A DNA stretch of 64,000 nt, from positions 145,739 through 209,738 of the forward strand of contig OZ246414.1 of NCBI GenBank assembly GCA_965231125.1, in the 5' to 3' direction. Each line of letters begins with the position of its first letter. Position 1 is the stretch's first letter. The notes beneath the pieces are model-generated. The model was not told where the DNA came from and ran no database searches. It worked only from the letters and a program-made list of their open reading frames with translations. Position numbers and translations under genes: made by a program. Origin of the DNA: an uncultured Gammaproteobacteria bacterium. Lineage in GTDB: Bacteria; Patescibacteriota; Microgenomatia; Woykebacterales; RBG-16-39-9b. This document shows, piece after piece, positions 28,177 to 37,908 of this stretch.

Positions 28177-29328
28177 ATGAGGTATATAGATTTGGGGGTT
28201 GCGCCCCATAAAAATAAACAGACTAAAAAGAAGAAAATGATAAAGTTTGGTGCCATTTCAATACTTTTGGGAGTAGTTCTTTACGGAAGTTACCTCTTTT
28301 ATTGGCCGCTTTCCCAAATAGTCAGTGAGATTATCCATCACCCCGGATCGGTTCTTTCTTTTATAAAAGATCCTTTGGCCGATTTAGATTCCACTGACGG
28401 CAGAACCAATATACTTTTGCTGGGCATCGATAAAAGAGCGTACGTGCCATTTACCTACAAAGATACCCAAGGTAATGTTCATAAGAATGGATTTTTATCA
28501 GATACAATTATTGTTTTATCTGTCGGTAAAGACACAAAAGATGCCGTCCTGATATCCATTCCAAGAGACACTTGGGTCCAGACACCAGGTTGGGATAGAT
28601 TCCCGGGGACGTGGGGGAAGATAAATTCGGCTTATTCTATAGGTAATAGTTTGGACTACCCAGGTGGGGGGTTGGCACTTTCTGAAAAAGTAGTTTCCCA
28701 GACTCTTGGAATCCCAATTCACTACGCGGCCCGTATCGATTTCGAAGGTTTCAAGAAAACCGTAAATACTCTTGGGGGTATTCAAGTTCAGGTCGCTAAA
28801 AGTTTTGACGATTACCATTATCCAGTTGAAGACGAAGAAGATAAAGTTTGTACTGATAAAACTTTCTCCTGCCGCTATATTCACATCCATTTTAATGCCG
28901 GATTACAAAATATGGATGGGGAGACTGCCTTGGAGTTTGTCCGCTCAAGATCAGGAACAAACGGCGAGGGCAGTGATTTTGCAAGAGCGGCTCGACAACA
29001 AAAAGTTTTGGTCGCTGCTCGTAACAAAGCCTTTTCGGTTCAAAGCTTCTTAAATCCCAGTAGAATAAGTGAACTGTTTAAAAATTTGGGAGAATCTATC
29101 GAAACAGATTTTAGTTTGAACCTGTATCCAGCGGCCTACACTCTTTTGAAAGATGTCGATCTTTCTTCGGTGAAGAAGCTGGTTCTTTCTTCAGACACAG
29201 GCGGGTATTTATACGTACCAAACGCAGCCGATTACGGAGGCGCTTACGTGCTTTTGCCGAGTGGCGATGACTGGACTAAGGTTCAATCAAAAGTAAAAAA
29301 TATGCTTTTCGGGGAGACTAATAAATGA
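28177..29328 (+). CDS. LytR-CpsA-Psr (LCP) family protein
   Basis: NILLLGID, SDTI, ISIPRD, ALEFVRSR, SDFARAARQQ. Confidence 0.93.
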   Translation: MRYIDLGVAPHKNKQTKKKKMIKFGAISILLGVVLYGSYLFYWPLSQIVSEIIHHPGSVLSFIKDPLADLDSTDGRTNILLLGIDKRAYVPFTYKDTQGNVHKNGFLSDTIIVLSVGKDTKDAVLISIPRDTWVQTPGWDRFPGTWGKINSAYSIGNSLDYPGGGLALSEKVVSQTLGIPIHYAARIDFEGFKKTVNTLGGIQVQVAKSFDDYHYPVEDEEDKVCTDKTFSCRYIHIHFNAGLQNMDGETALEFVRSRSGTNGEGSDFARAARQQKVLVAARNKAFSVQSFLNPSRISELFKNLGESIETDFSLNLYPAAYTLLKDVDLSSVKKLVLSSDTGGYLYVPNAADYGGAYVLLPSGDDWTKVQSKVKNMLFGETNK

Positions 29329-29972
29329 GATATATTATCCACGGTGAAGGGGTTGTAGATTCAAGAAAGTATCTAACTAGTCTCAAGAAACGTTACGAAC
29401 ACAACGTTTTTTTAGACGGGACAAACTTGAGCTTGCAAGCGTTTAATGAGAGGGCCCTAAACCCCTCTTTATTCCCAGGCGAAACTTTATTAGTAATTGA
29501 GAATTTTGACGGTCCAGAGAAAATTTTCTCAGCAAAGGAGGCACTAGATAGTGTTTTTTGGTGGGCAAAAACTTTAGATAAAGTGCCCAACGCCGATAAA
29601 GTTCTTCATTTTAAAGAGACTTCTGCTTTTGGAATTTTTAGATTTGCCGATAGCATCGGGCAAAAAAAGACAAGAGAAGCCCTCATTCTATTGGATAAAT
29701 TGCTGGAAGAGAAAGTTCCGCCGGAAAATATCGTTGGTGTTCTGGTCAGGCAGTTTAAATTAATAGCGCAAGTTTTAGACGGTAAGCTCGCTGAGGTTAG
29801 TAAGAGTGAATTTGTCAGAAAAAAACTTTCCAACCAGGCTCGCAACTGGAATCTTAAGGGGATATTTGGGGCTTTAGCTTTACTTTTTCAAACAGATCTA
29901 AGAATAAAAAAAGGCCAAATAAAACCACAGGTGGCTTTAGTTTTTTTAACCAGCGAGCTTTGTAAAGACTAA
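29325..29972 (+). CDS. holA: DNA polymerase III delta subunit (compact)
   Basis: YIIHGE N-terminus, IFRFADSI, TDLRIKKG C-terminal pattern. Confidence 0.7.
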   Translation: MRYIIHGEGVVDSRKYLTSLKKRYEHNVFLDGTNLSLQAFNERALNPSLFPGETLLVIENFDGPEKIFSAKEALDSVFWWAKTLDKVPNADKVLHFKETSAFGIFRFADSIGQKKTREALILLDKLLEEKVPPENIVGVLVRQFKLIAQVLDGKLAEVSKSEFVRKKLSNQARNWNLKGIFGALALLFQTDLRIKKGQIKPQVALVFLTSELCKD

Positions 29973-30472
29973 TTTTGTATTTCTTCTCTAATTTCTGATT
30001 GAGCGAAAGGCGAGACAGAAGCTGTTTTTATAGGTTCAAGAATTTTCCCCTCCAAAGAATCAAAATCTGTATTCCCAGAAATGATCTTATAATAGTAGTA
30101 GGTGTTGGGTTTTAAGTTAACAAGAGTTACGGCGTGATTGGTAGTTTTGAGACTATTTATAGTAGAGCCGGACTCTTGGTTATCATACGCTTTGTAAGTT
30201 AAGTTTTCCGGATCTACCCCATAAACTATGTAGCCTTGGGCAAGAGACGAGGTTTTCCAGGCTATTGTGAGCGAACGGTCAGTAACGTTGGATATGCTTA
30301 AAGAGGCAGGTGCCACCTTAGTCGAAGATATGGAGAAAACATCTTTGGCAATGAAAAGAGAAGATATTAAAACTGCCCCAATTAAAAAGAATCCGGCGGT
30401 AGCAAAAAAACCTTCAGACTTCGAGTTTTTTATCGAAGTGTAATATTCAGTTCTTAGGCCCTCTGTTGTCAT
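29969..30472 (-). CDS. Membrane-anchored fibronectin type III-like protein
   Basis: ISNVTDRSLTIAW...H.VTL.NLKPNTYYYYKI. Confidence 0.8.
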   Translation of the reverse strand: MTTEGLRTEYYTSIKNSKSEGFFATAGFFLIGAVLISSLFIAKDVFSISSTKVAPASLSISNVTDRSLTIAWKTSSLAQGYIVYGVDPENLTYKAYDNQESGSTINSLKTTNHAVTLVNLKPNTYYYYKIISGNTDFDSLEGKILEPIKTASVSPFAQSEIREEIQN

Positions 30473-30498
30473 TTTGGCAGGATCTTACTTCTAAAGAA

Positions 30499-30684
30499 TC
30501 ATTTTGGAGCTTTCTCCAGTTCCTGTAACAGATTTACGTCTATATTCGGGTTCACGGGCGTAATTTGGTCTTGAGTAGCTTGTGGTATCGTGGATTTGAA
30601 AGTGGTTTCGACAAGCACAGTAATAACAATGACGACCAAGGTTATCAATGTAAGTGTCAAGATAGTTATTAGATTCTTTGACAT
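30499..30684 (-). CDS. Small membrane protein downstream of pilO
   Basis: MSKNLITILTLTLIT single TM; start approximate. Confidence 0.55.
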   Translation of the reverse strand: MSKNLITILTLTLITLVVIVITVLVETTFKSTIPQATQDQITPVNPNIDVNLLQELEKAPK

Positions 30685-30691
30685 ATTTTGT

Positions 30692-31333
30692 TTATGGCGC
30701 CGCACCGGTGCCCCCCGCACCTTGACTAGGATTCGCCTGAATTCCGGGTTCTAAAGACTCGCCAAGATAATAGGTAGTTGCTTTTATAGTTGCGGAGACA
30801 AGAGATTCCTTACTCGTTATAGCTACTGATGAAAGGTCAGCAGTTCTGACTAAGCTCTCTAGGTCGGCTAAAAATTTTTGGAGGTTTGGATAAGTACCTT
30901 CCACCGTAGCCTCATAATTTACCTGTTTAATTGTTAAGTCGGCCCCATCTCCCGGTATCGATAAAGGTATGCTGGTAAACTGAATACCAGCAAGTTTTAC
31001 TTTGTTACTTCTGGCTATACTTTCTAATTGTCTTAGGTGGTCTTCAGGGTGGCTTCCTGTTGGTAAAGCGGTATCAATAATTTTTAACCTATCTTTCACA
31101 GTATCGTAATTAGATTGAGCTTGATTTAAATTTCCTATTTTATCTATTAGTTTTTGTTCGACTAGCCGTCCGTCGGCAATTTCTTTGTTTAATTTTAATA
31201 TGTGATTAACTGCCAAAAATATTAAAGGTATTAGGATAATTAGAAGAATAAGGGTGAGAATTATATTTAGATAGCTCTTTTGGGTTGGCGTTGCCTTTTC
31301 GTATTGACTGGAAACTTGTTGATAAAAACTCAT
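30692..31333 (-). CDS. Type IV pilus assembly PilO-like protein
   Basis: TM, coiled coil, ALP, GTYPNLQKFLADLESLVR pattern. Confidence 0.75.
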   Translation of the reverse strand: MSFYQQVSSQYEKATPTQKSYLNIILTLILLIILIPLIFLAVNHILKLNKEIADGRLVEQKLIDKIGNLNQAQSNYDTVKDRLKIIDTALPTGSHPEDHLRQLESIARSNKVKLAGIQFTSIPLSIPGDGADLTIKQVNYEATVEGTYPNLQKFLADLESLVRTADLSSVAITSKESLVSATIKATTYYLGESLEPGIQANPSQGAGGTGAAP

Positions 31334-31941
31334 TACTGGCCCGCTCCTTGCGTATTAGAAGCCGTGTTTTCAGTGAAAGCTGCTTGGTTAATTAAAGCTT
31401 TAGCGTCAAATGAAAAATTTGGATTCTTGGCTGCCGGCGAACTTAACTTGCTAATCTCTAACCCAACGATTTTATCCGATTTGTTAAAGGAATTAATAAG
31501 AGTCACTAGTTGAGTTGCTGTTGGGAATTTGCCGCTGAAAGTCAAATTAGTGCCATCTATCTCAAGAGTAGTTAAGGTAGTTCCTTGGGGAAGCAGTTTA
31601 GTGAATTCAGTTAAAACTTGGTTATCGCTAAAATGTGCCGCCCTTAGACTTTTTATATCGTCTATTTTAGTTTGAACAGAGTCGAATTCTTTTTCAAACG
31701 CAGCTTTGGAATCTAGGATTCCTTGATTAGTTTTTATGTTGCTGGCTAGATTATTTTTGTCGATATTAAGTTTTAAACTGAGCAAAAATGCAGCGAGCGC
31801 AATTATCTCAGCGGTGATAATCAGGTAGCGGCCAGTAGTCAAAATCCACGTAATTGTGCTGCCCAGCTGACCACTTATCTCCTCGCGGGGTATTAGGTTT
31901 ATGTTTATTTCTTGTGAGTTTTTTTGGGCAGCGCGAGCCAT
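31333..31941 (-). CDS. Type IV pilus assembly PilN-like protein
   Basis: ININLIP, TM, coiled coil, LPQGTTLTTL; upstream of pilO. Confidence 0.75.
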   Translation of the reverse strand: MARAAQKNSQEININLIPREEISGQLGSTITWILTTGRYLIITAEIIALAAFLLSLKLNIDKNNLASNIKTNQGILDSKAAFEKEFDSVQTKIDDIKSLRAAHFSDNQVLTEFTKLLPQGTTLTTLEIDGTNLTFSGKFPTATQLVTLINSFNKSDKIVGLEISKLSSPAAKNPNFSFDAKALINQAAFTENTASNTQGAGQ

Positions 31942-31985
31942 CGATTTTAGTATATCACCAAGGCTCTTGGTTGACAATCAGCTTA

Positions 31986-32279
31986 TTAGTGGGAACTTTT
32001 TTCTGCCGTCTTTTTGCTCTTTGCAGTTGCCGAGGATTTTTTTGTCCCCGCTAACCTTTTTGCTAAAGAAGATTTTTTCCGCGAAGCTTTATTTTTAGCG
32101 AGAATTCCGTACTTAACCCCTTTGTCCAAGGCGGAATAAGCTTTTTGAACTGTCTCCGGAGATACTTTTATTTCAACTGCCTTTAAGGCTTCTTTTAGCT
32201 GCGACTTGCGTGTCTTGTTCAACAGTCTTCGAGCAGCGTCTTGACGATCCTTTTTAATTGCCGATTTTGTTAGTGGCAT
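31986..32279 (-). CDS. rpsT: 30S ribosomal protein S20
   Basis: MPLTKSAIKKDRQ...LDK..K.GI..KNKASRKKSSL. Confidence 0.92.
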   Translation of the reverse strand: MPLTKSAIKKDRQDAARRLLNKTRKSQLKEALKAVEIKVSPETVQKAYSALDKGVKYGILAKNKASRKKSSLAKRLAGTKKSSATAKSKKTAEKSSH

Positions 32280-32341
32280 AAGTTTGCGTATACTAACAGA
32301 TTGTTGAGCAAGCTGCAAGTAATTGCTATACTTAAACTCTC

Positions 32342-34015
32342 ATGGTTCGAAAATTTTTCAAAAACAGCACCTCCATTCTTTTCAAACGTCAAAAAACTCT
32401 CCTTTCTGCCGCCGTCGTTATGATGCTGCTAATGCTTGCGTCAAGAATTTTAGGTCTTGTAAGGAATTGGTTTTTAGCTGGAACTTTTGGTGCTGGTAGC
32501 GCCTTGGATGCGTATAATACTGGCTTTGTTTTACCAGATCTTATAGCAGTTGTTCTCATAAACGGGGCTTTGTCCGTGGCTTTTATTCCGGTATTCACTA
32601 GCTACCTTACTCAGAAGGATGAGGGAGAAGCTTGGGATATGGCCTCAACTATCCTAAATCTATCAATAATAATTTATGCAATCTTTGGTATTTTGATTTT
32701 TTTATTTCCAGCCCAATTAATAAAATTAATTGAGCCAGGTCTTGACCAAAGTACTTTAAGTTTAGCTACCACTGTGACCCGAGTGATTGTGTTTGGAGAG
32801 TTTTTTTTGGTGGTTGGCAGTTTCCTAACCGCCTCTTTGCAAAGCTATCACCGCTTTATTGCTCCGGCTATAGCTCCGGTTGTTTATAATTTAGGTATCA
32901 TTTTTGGAATTGTATTTTTAAGCCCAACCTTTCATATATTTGGGGTCGGGCTTGGTGTGTTGCTCGGGGCACTTTTGCATGTGGTGGTACAATTTCTAAT
33001 TGCCAGAAGGTTAGGTTATAAGTACTCGTTTAAACTAGATCTTAAAAATCCAGGGGTACAGCGGGTCCTAAAACTTTCAGGTCCGCGGGCAATTGCCATT
33101 GGGTTAGCTCAGCTGGAGTGGACGGCCAGCGTCTTTTTGGCGTCACTACTGCCACCAGGTTCTATTGCAATCTTAAAATTTTCGTCTGATATTCAAAACT
33201 TGCCCATCGCTCTTTTCGGATCCACAATTGCAATTGCCTCTTTCCCATCGCTTTCACATGAGTGGGTGGCAGACAAGGCAGAGCAGTTTAAGGAAACATT
33301 TTTAGCCTCTTTTCACCAAATGCTTTACTTAGCAATACCGGCCAGTGTAATTTTCGCGGTGCTCCGAATACCGATAGTTAGGCTTAGTTTGGGAAGTGGT
33401 CTTTTTACTTGGCCGGCAACTGTTGCGACCGCGACAACTATGTCGTATTTTGCGGTCGGAGTGTTTGCTCAAGGAGCGTTTATGCTTTTAATAAGAGCCT
33501 TTTACGCCATGCACGATACGATGACGCCACTAAGGGTGGCTATAGTAAGTTTAATTGCGCACGCCGCTGTCGGTTATACATGTATCGTAATACTTTCTCT
33601 TCCGGTATATTTTCTGGGAATTACCGCCACCGTCTCCGGGACTTTTAGCTTTATCGCGCTTCTTCTCATTTTAGATAGAAAAATAGGTGGGTTTGATCGA
33701 GTAAAACTTATCTTGCCGGTCGTAAAAATTTTAGTTTCCGCTTTGTTTATGGGTATTCTTCTGTACTTACCACTGCACTTTAAGTTTGACGGCAAGTACT
33801 TGATTGATTTTATAATTGATACAAAACGAGCTCTAAACTTGCTTGCTTTGACTTCCTTTGTAGCGGGAGCCGGTTTTGCGGTCTACATTCTTCTGACTTG
33901 GTGGCTTGATTCGGCCGAGCTTAAAAGTTTCTTGGCTCTTATTCCCGACGTTCGAAAACTTAGTAAAATTTTAGTTCTCGAGGAGGCAGTGGAAACTGAC
34001 CCCCACAACTCTTAG
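32342..34015 (+). CDS. murJ: Lipid II flippase MurJ
   Basis: SRILGLVR, GALSVAFIPVF, RAFYAMHDT.TP. Confidence 0.95.
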   Translation: MVRKFFKNSTSILFKRQKTLLSAAVVMMLLMLASRILGLVRNWFLAGTFGAGSALDAYNTGFVLPDLIAVVLINGALSVAFIPVFTSYLTQKDEGEAWDMASTILNLSIIIYAIFGILIFLFPAQLIKLIEPGLDQSTLSLATTVTRVIVFGEFFLVVGSFLTASLQSYHRFIAPAIAPVVYNLGIIFGIVFLSPTFHIFGVGLGVLLGALLHVVVQFLIARRLGYKYSFKLDLKNPGVQRVLKLSGPRAIAIGLAQLEWTASVFLASLLPPGSIAILKFSSDIQNLPIALFGSTIAIASFPSLSHEWVADKAEQFKETFLASFHQMLYLAIPASVIFAVLRIPIVRLSLGSGLFTWPATVATATTMSYFAVGVFAQGAFMLLIRAFYAMHDTMTPLRVAIVSLIAHAAVGYTCIVILSLPVYFLGITATVSGTFSFIALLLILDRKIGGFDRVKLILPVVKILVSALFMGILLYLPLHFKFDGKYLIDFIIDTKRALNLLALTSFVAGAGFAVYILLTWWLDSAELKSFLALIPDVRKLSKILVLEEAVETDPHNS

Positions 34016-34017
34016 TT

Positions 34018-35793
34018 ATGAAGGCAGAGAAGATCCGCAACTTTGCAATCTCCGCCCACATCGATCACGGTAAATCCACTTTAGCCGACCGGCTTCTAGA
34101 AATCACCGGAACAGTCGCTAAAGAAAACTTAGTCGAACAATATCTTGACCGGATGGATTTGGAGCGGGAGCGGGGCATTACCATTAAGCTTGCACCGGTA
34201 AGCGTTTCTTGGAAAAGCCATCAACTAAATTTGATCGACACGCCCGGACATGTAGATTTTTCTTACGAAGTCTCGCGGTCTCTCGCGGCGGTTGAGGGAA
34301 TAATTCTTTTGGTGGATGCAACGCAAGGTATCGAGGCGCAAACTTTGTCTAATTTTCTTCTCGCTAAAGAACAAGGGTTAACCATTATTCCAACCATAAA
34401 TAAAATTGATCTACCCAGTGCCCAGACGCAAGAGGTAAAAAAATCAATCAGGGAGACCCTGGGATTCCCAGAGGAAGATATTCTCCTTATATCGGCGAAA
34501 GTGGGCACTGGGGTCGAAGTCTTACTGGATAAAATAATCGAAAAAATTCCCTCCCCAGAGGGTAACCCGCAAACAAGCCTTAAAGCGTTGGTTTTCGATT
34601 CCGTTTACGATTCTTTCAAGGGGGTGGTGGCGTATATCCGTCTTTTCGATGGACGGTTAAAAAAAGGTGAAAAAGTCAAGTTGTTAGGTATTGACATGGA
34701 ATTTGAAACTGCCGAGGTGGGCCATTTTTCACCGGATCTTGTTGAGTCCCAAGAACTTGGCTTTGGAGAGATTGGCTACATCGCCACTGGTCTGAAAGAT
34801 GTTAGTAAAGTGGCGGTTGGTGATACTTTAACTTTGGCGGCCGATCCAGATACCCACTCGCTACCGGGTTATAAACCAGCAAAACCGGCGGTTTTTGCTG
34901 GCATCTTTCCTATTGATCGGGACGAATTTACAAAGTTAAAAGAGGCGATCGAAAAGCTAAAATTAAACGATGCCTCTCTTATTTTTGAACTAGAGAACTC
35001 GCCTGCCTTGGGTTTTGGTGTTCGGGCCGGGTTTTTAGGACTGCTTCACTTGGAAGTAGTTGTCGAGAGGCTACAGCGAGAATTTGACATTAGTCTAGTA
35101 ATTACCGCACCAACAGTCAGTTACAGGGTTCTTTTAACGGATGGAACTGAAGTTGAGGTTTCAAACCCAACAAAACTTCCAGACCTTTCAAAAGTAAAGG
35201 AAATTACCGAGCCGTGGGTGGAAGGCTCTGTAATTACCCGCAGCCAATATCTCGGTCCGATAACCCAGCTTATCCATGAAAAAAGAGGGGAAATTGTCGA
35301 TATTAAATATTTTTCCGACAAAGTTGATGTTTCGGTAAAGCTGCCGCTTTCCGAGATAATTTCGGATTTTTACGACAAACTTAAGACTATCTCTTCCGGG
35401 TACGCCTCCTTCGATTGGGAGCCAGCGGAGTATAGAAGTGTTGCCTCGGTAAAGCTTGAAATTTTGGTGGCAAAAGAGCCGGTGGACGCTCTTTCCCAAA
35501 TTGTTCCAAAAGAAAAAGCGTACCCGCTTGGCAAAGCCTTGGTGGAAAAGTTGAGGCAAGTAATACCGCGTCAACAATTTGAAGTTTCTCTCCAAGCTGC
35601 AGTCGGCGGTAAAATAGTCGCCTCCGAAAAAATTCCCGCCTTTCGTAAAGATGTCACCGCCAAACTTTACGGCGGCGATAGGACTCGGAAGGATAAGCTC
35701 CTAGATAAACAGAAGAAAGGAAAGAAGAAAATGAAAATGATCGGTGGTGTCGAAATCCCGCAAGAAGCATTTCTTTCAGTTTTAAAAGTCTGA
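34018..35793 (+). CDS. lepA: Elongation factor 4
   Basis: AHIDHGKSTLADR, GFLGLLH, IPRQQFEV, KDVTAKLYGGD. Confidence 0.98.
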   Translation: MKAEKIRNFAISAHIDHGKSTLADRLLEITGTVAKENLVEQYLDRMDLERERGITIKLAPVSVSWKSHQLNLIDTPGHVDFSYEVSRSLAAVEGIILLVDATQGIEAQTLSNFLLAKEQGLTIIPTINKIDLPSAQTQEVKKSIRETLGFPEEDILLISAKVGTGVEVLLDKIIEKIPSPEGNPQTSLKALVFDSVYDSFKGVVAYIRLFDGRLKKGEKVKLLGIDMEFETAEVGHFSPDLVESQELGFGEIGYIATGLKDVSKVAVGDTLTLAADPDTHSLPGYKPAKPAVFAGIFPIDRDEFTKLKEAIEKLKLNDASLIFELENSPALGFGVRAGFLGLLHLEVVVERLQREFDISLVITAPTVSYRVLLTDGTEVEVSNPTKLPDLSKVKEITEPWVEGSVITRSQYLGPITQLIHEKRGEIVDIKYFSDKVDVSVKLPLSEIISDFYDKLKTISSGYASFDWEPAEYRSVASVKLEILVAKEPVDALSQIVPKEKAYPLGKALVEKLRQVIPRQQFEVSLQAAVGGKIVASEKIPAFRKDVTAKLYGGDRTRKDKLLDKQKKGKKKMKMIGGVEIPQEAFLSVLKV

Positions 35794-35807
35794 TATTATT
35801 CTATACA

Positions 35808-36329
35808 ATGATTGTGGCTGTTGGTTCAACAAATCCAACTAAAATAAAGCCGGTAAAAAAGATTTTCTCTAAACATTTTGATGACGTTAAGGTTGTTGGG
35901 GTTCAGGTGGAGTCTGGTGTCCGCGATCAACCACTTAATTTAGATGAGGTTTTTAAAGGAGCTTTAAATCGAGCTAAAAAAGCTCTTGATGAAGTAAAAA
36001 ATGCAGACTTTGGGGTTGGGATAGAAGCGGGAACTCACAAGCACAATTTTGGTTGGCTCGAGAGTTCTTTGGTAGTAATCGTTAACGAAGAAGGTAAAAT
36101 CGGAATAGGTTCCGCAAGTGGTATTGTTCTTCCCAGAGAAATTGTTGAAGATTTAGAAAAAGGGAAAACCATTGACGATTCGATCGAAAGGGTTTTCGGA
36201 ATTAAGAAAATTGGCCGAGGCGTTGGAATGTTTGGTTTATTAAGTAAAGGAGTAGTTACAAGGTCTGAAGCAGTTGAGCACGGAGTTGCGTTCGCTTTAG
36301 CTAGATTCTTCCACGAAAACCTTTATTAA
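35808..36329 (+). CDS. Inosine/xanthosine triphosphatase (YjjX/DUF84)
   Basis: VGSTNPTK, SGVRDQP, GALNRA, VGIEAG. Confidence 0.9.
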   Translation: MIVAVGSTNPTKIKPVKKIFSKHFDDVKVVGVQVESGVRDQPLNLDEVFKGALNRAKKALDEVKNADFGVGIEAGTHKHNFGWLESSLVVIVNEEGKIGIGSASGIVLPREIVEDLEKGKTIDDSIERVFGIKKIGRGVGMFGLLSKGVVTRSEAVEHGVAFALARFFHENLY

Positions 36330-36357
36330 ATTAGGCCCTTTTAGTCTTTGCCTCCTC

Positions 36358-36390
36358 TTGACATCTTTTAGCACTCGTGCTAGAGTGTTG
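36358..36390 (+). promoter_or_regulatory. hrcA promoter overlapping a CIRCE-like operator
   Basis: TTGACA-17-TAGAGT with TTAGCACTC half-site; second half GAGTGTTG at non-canonical 6-nt spacing. Confidence 0.6.
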
Positions 36391-36462
36391 CTACTCAAAA
36401 AGGACAGCCCCCACTTTGCCCTTCGACAATCTCAGGGCTTCGCGGGGTAAACAGGTGTTACT

Positions 36463-37194
36463 ATGGCAGAGCTTTCTGAGAGACAAAAAGAACTCCTAAA
36501 ATCCATTATCGACGAATACATTGAAACTGCCGAACCCGTCGGATCCGAAACTATCGTCGAAAAATACAAACTTGGAGTTTCCCCAGCAACTATTCGTAAC
36601 GAAATGGCTGCTCTTATTGAGGAAGGCTATTTAAAGCAGCCGCATACTTCTGCCGGCAGAATCCCTACCCCAATGGGTTTAAAACTTTATATTAAAGATC
36701 TCATGAAAGAGCAAGAAGTTCCGGTGAGGGACGAAGCCCAGATTAAAGAAAATCTTTGGGATTATCGTTTTCATTTTCCAAGACTTTTAAAACTGGCCAC
36801 CAATGAACTGGCCGAAAAAACCGGTTCTTTAGCGGTAGTGGCTACTGAAGAAGGAGACGTTTACTATTCTGGAGCTGCCAATATTTTAGATATTCCCGAG
36901 TTTTACGATATCGATTTAACCAAGACGGTTTTAACGATGATGGATAGGGCCGACATGCTTAACGATCTTTTCAACAAAGCAGTTGGGGACGAGCCCGTCC
37001 ACGTGTTGATTGGTGATGAACTTGGATTTGATTATATGGAATATGCTGGGTTGGTCTTCTCACCTTTTGGATCGGGAAAGAAAAACGCTGGTGTTATCGG
37101 CATTGTCGGGCCGGCCAGAATGAGGTTCCAGCGAGTAATCCCGACCGTGCGCTACTTTGGCGATTTACTAACAGAACTTTCCGGATCTTGGTAA
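36463..37194 (+). CDS. hrcA: Heat-inducible transcription repressor HrcA
   Basis: EPVGS, SPATIRNEMA, QPHTSAGRIPT, GPARM. Confidence 0.95.
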   Translation: MAELSERQKELLKSIIDEYIETAEPVGSETIVEKYKLGVSPATIRNEMAALIEEGYLKQPHTSAGRIPTPMGLKLYIKDLMKEQEVPVRDEAQIKENLWDYRFHFPRLLKLATNELAEKTGSLAVVATEEGDVYYSGAANILDIPEFYDIDLTKTVLTMMDRADMLNDLFNKAVGDEPVHVLIGDELGFDYMEYAGLVFSPFGSGKKNAGVIGIVGPARMRFQRVIPTVRYFGDLLTELSGSW

Positions 37195-37224
37195 GATTTG
37201 GTTTAACCAAAACAGACATTAATC

Positions 37225-37650
37225 ATGGCGAAAAAGGACAAAGAAACCGAGGACATTAAAAACCAACTGAAAAGGGCTTTGGCCGACTACTCAAACCTAC
37301 AAAGAAGGGTTGAGGAAGAAAAAAAATCCTTGGTGACTTTCGCCAATTTTGGTCTTTTAGTAAAGCTTCTGGGGGTTTTGGATATTCTGGAAAAAGCAGC
37401 CGGGCACATTAACGACGAAGGTTTGAACCTAGGGATAAAAAAATTTCACGAAGTTTTGGCGTCCGAGGGAGTTACAGAGTTTGCCGCCTCTGGTGAAAAT
37501 TTCGACCCTACTATTCACGAAGCAGTTGAGGTGGTGGACGGCGCAGATAGTAAAATAGTTGAAGTTGTGGAGAAGGGCTACGCTCTTGGTAGTAAGACTC
37601 TACGCCCAGCCAAAGTTGTTGTAAGCAAAGGAAAAGTCGAGCAAGATTAA
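37225..37650 (+). CDS. grpE: Nucleotide exchange factor GrpE
   Basis: RALADYSN, FDPTIHEAV, KGY....LRPAKVVV. Confidence 0.95.
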   Translation: MAKKDKETEDIKNQLKRALADYSNLQRRVEEEKKSLVTFANFGLLVKLLGVLDILEKAAGHINDEGLNLGIKKFHEVLASEGVTEFAASGENFDPTIHEAVEVVDGADSKIVEVVEKGYALGSKTLRPAKVVVSKGKVEQD

Positions 37651-37651
37651 T

Positions 37652-37906
37652 ATGTTGCGCGTATTTTATTTATTTTGGACTTTAATAGCCGCTCTTTTAG
37701 TGACGGCAATTAGTTTTTTTTACATAAGCGGGGACAAACACGGTTTCCCTTTCTCATTCGCAACCGAGGTTAAAGATTCAGTTGGGGGCGGGGAAATACT
37801 TTTGAAATTCAACACTTGGACTTTGATCTTTGACATACTGTTTTGGTGGTTTCTGTTCAGCATCCTTTTGATAATAGTGAGAAATTATGTGTTTGAGTCG
37901 GAGTGA
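37652..37906 (+). CDS. Small membrane protein within the dnaK operon
   Basis: Two TM segments, HGFPFSF; tightly packed between grpE and dnaK. Confidence 0.65.
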   Translation: MLRVFYLFWTLIAALLVTAISFFYISGDKHGFPFSFATEVKDSVGGGEILLKFNTWTLIFDILFWWFLFSILLIIVRNYVFESE

Positions 37907-37908
37907 CT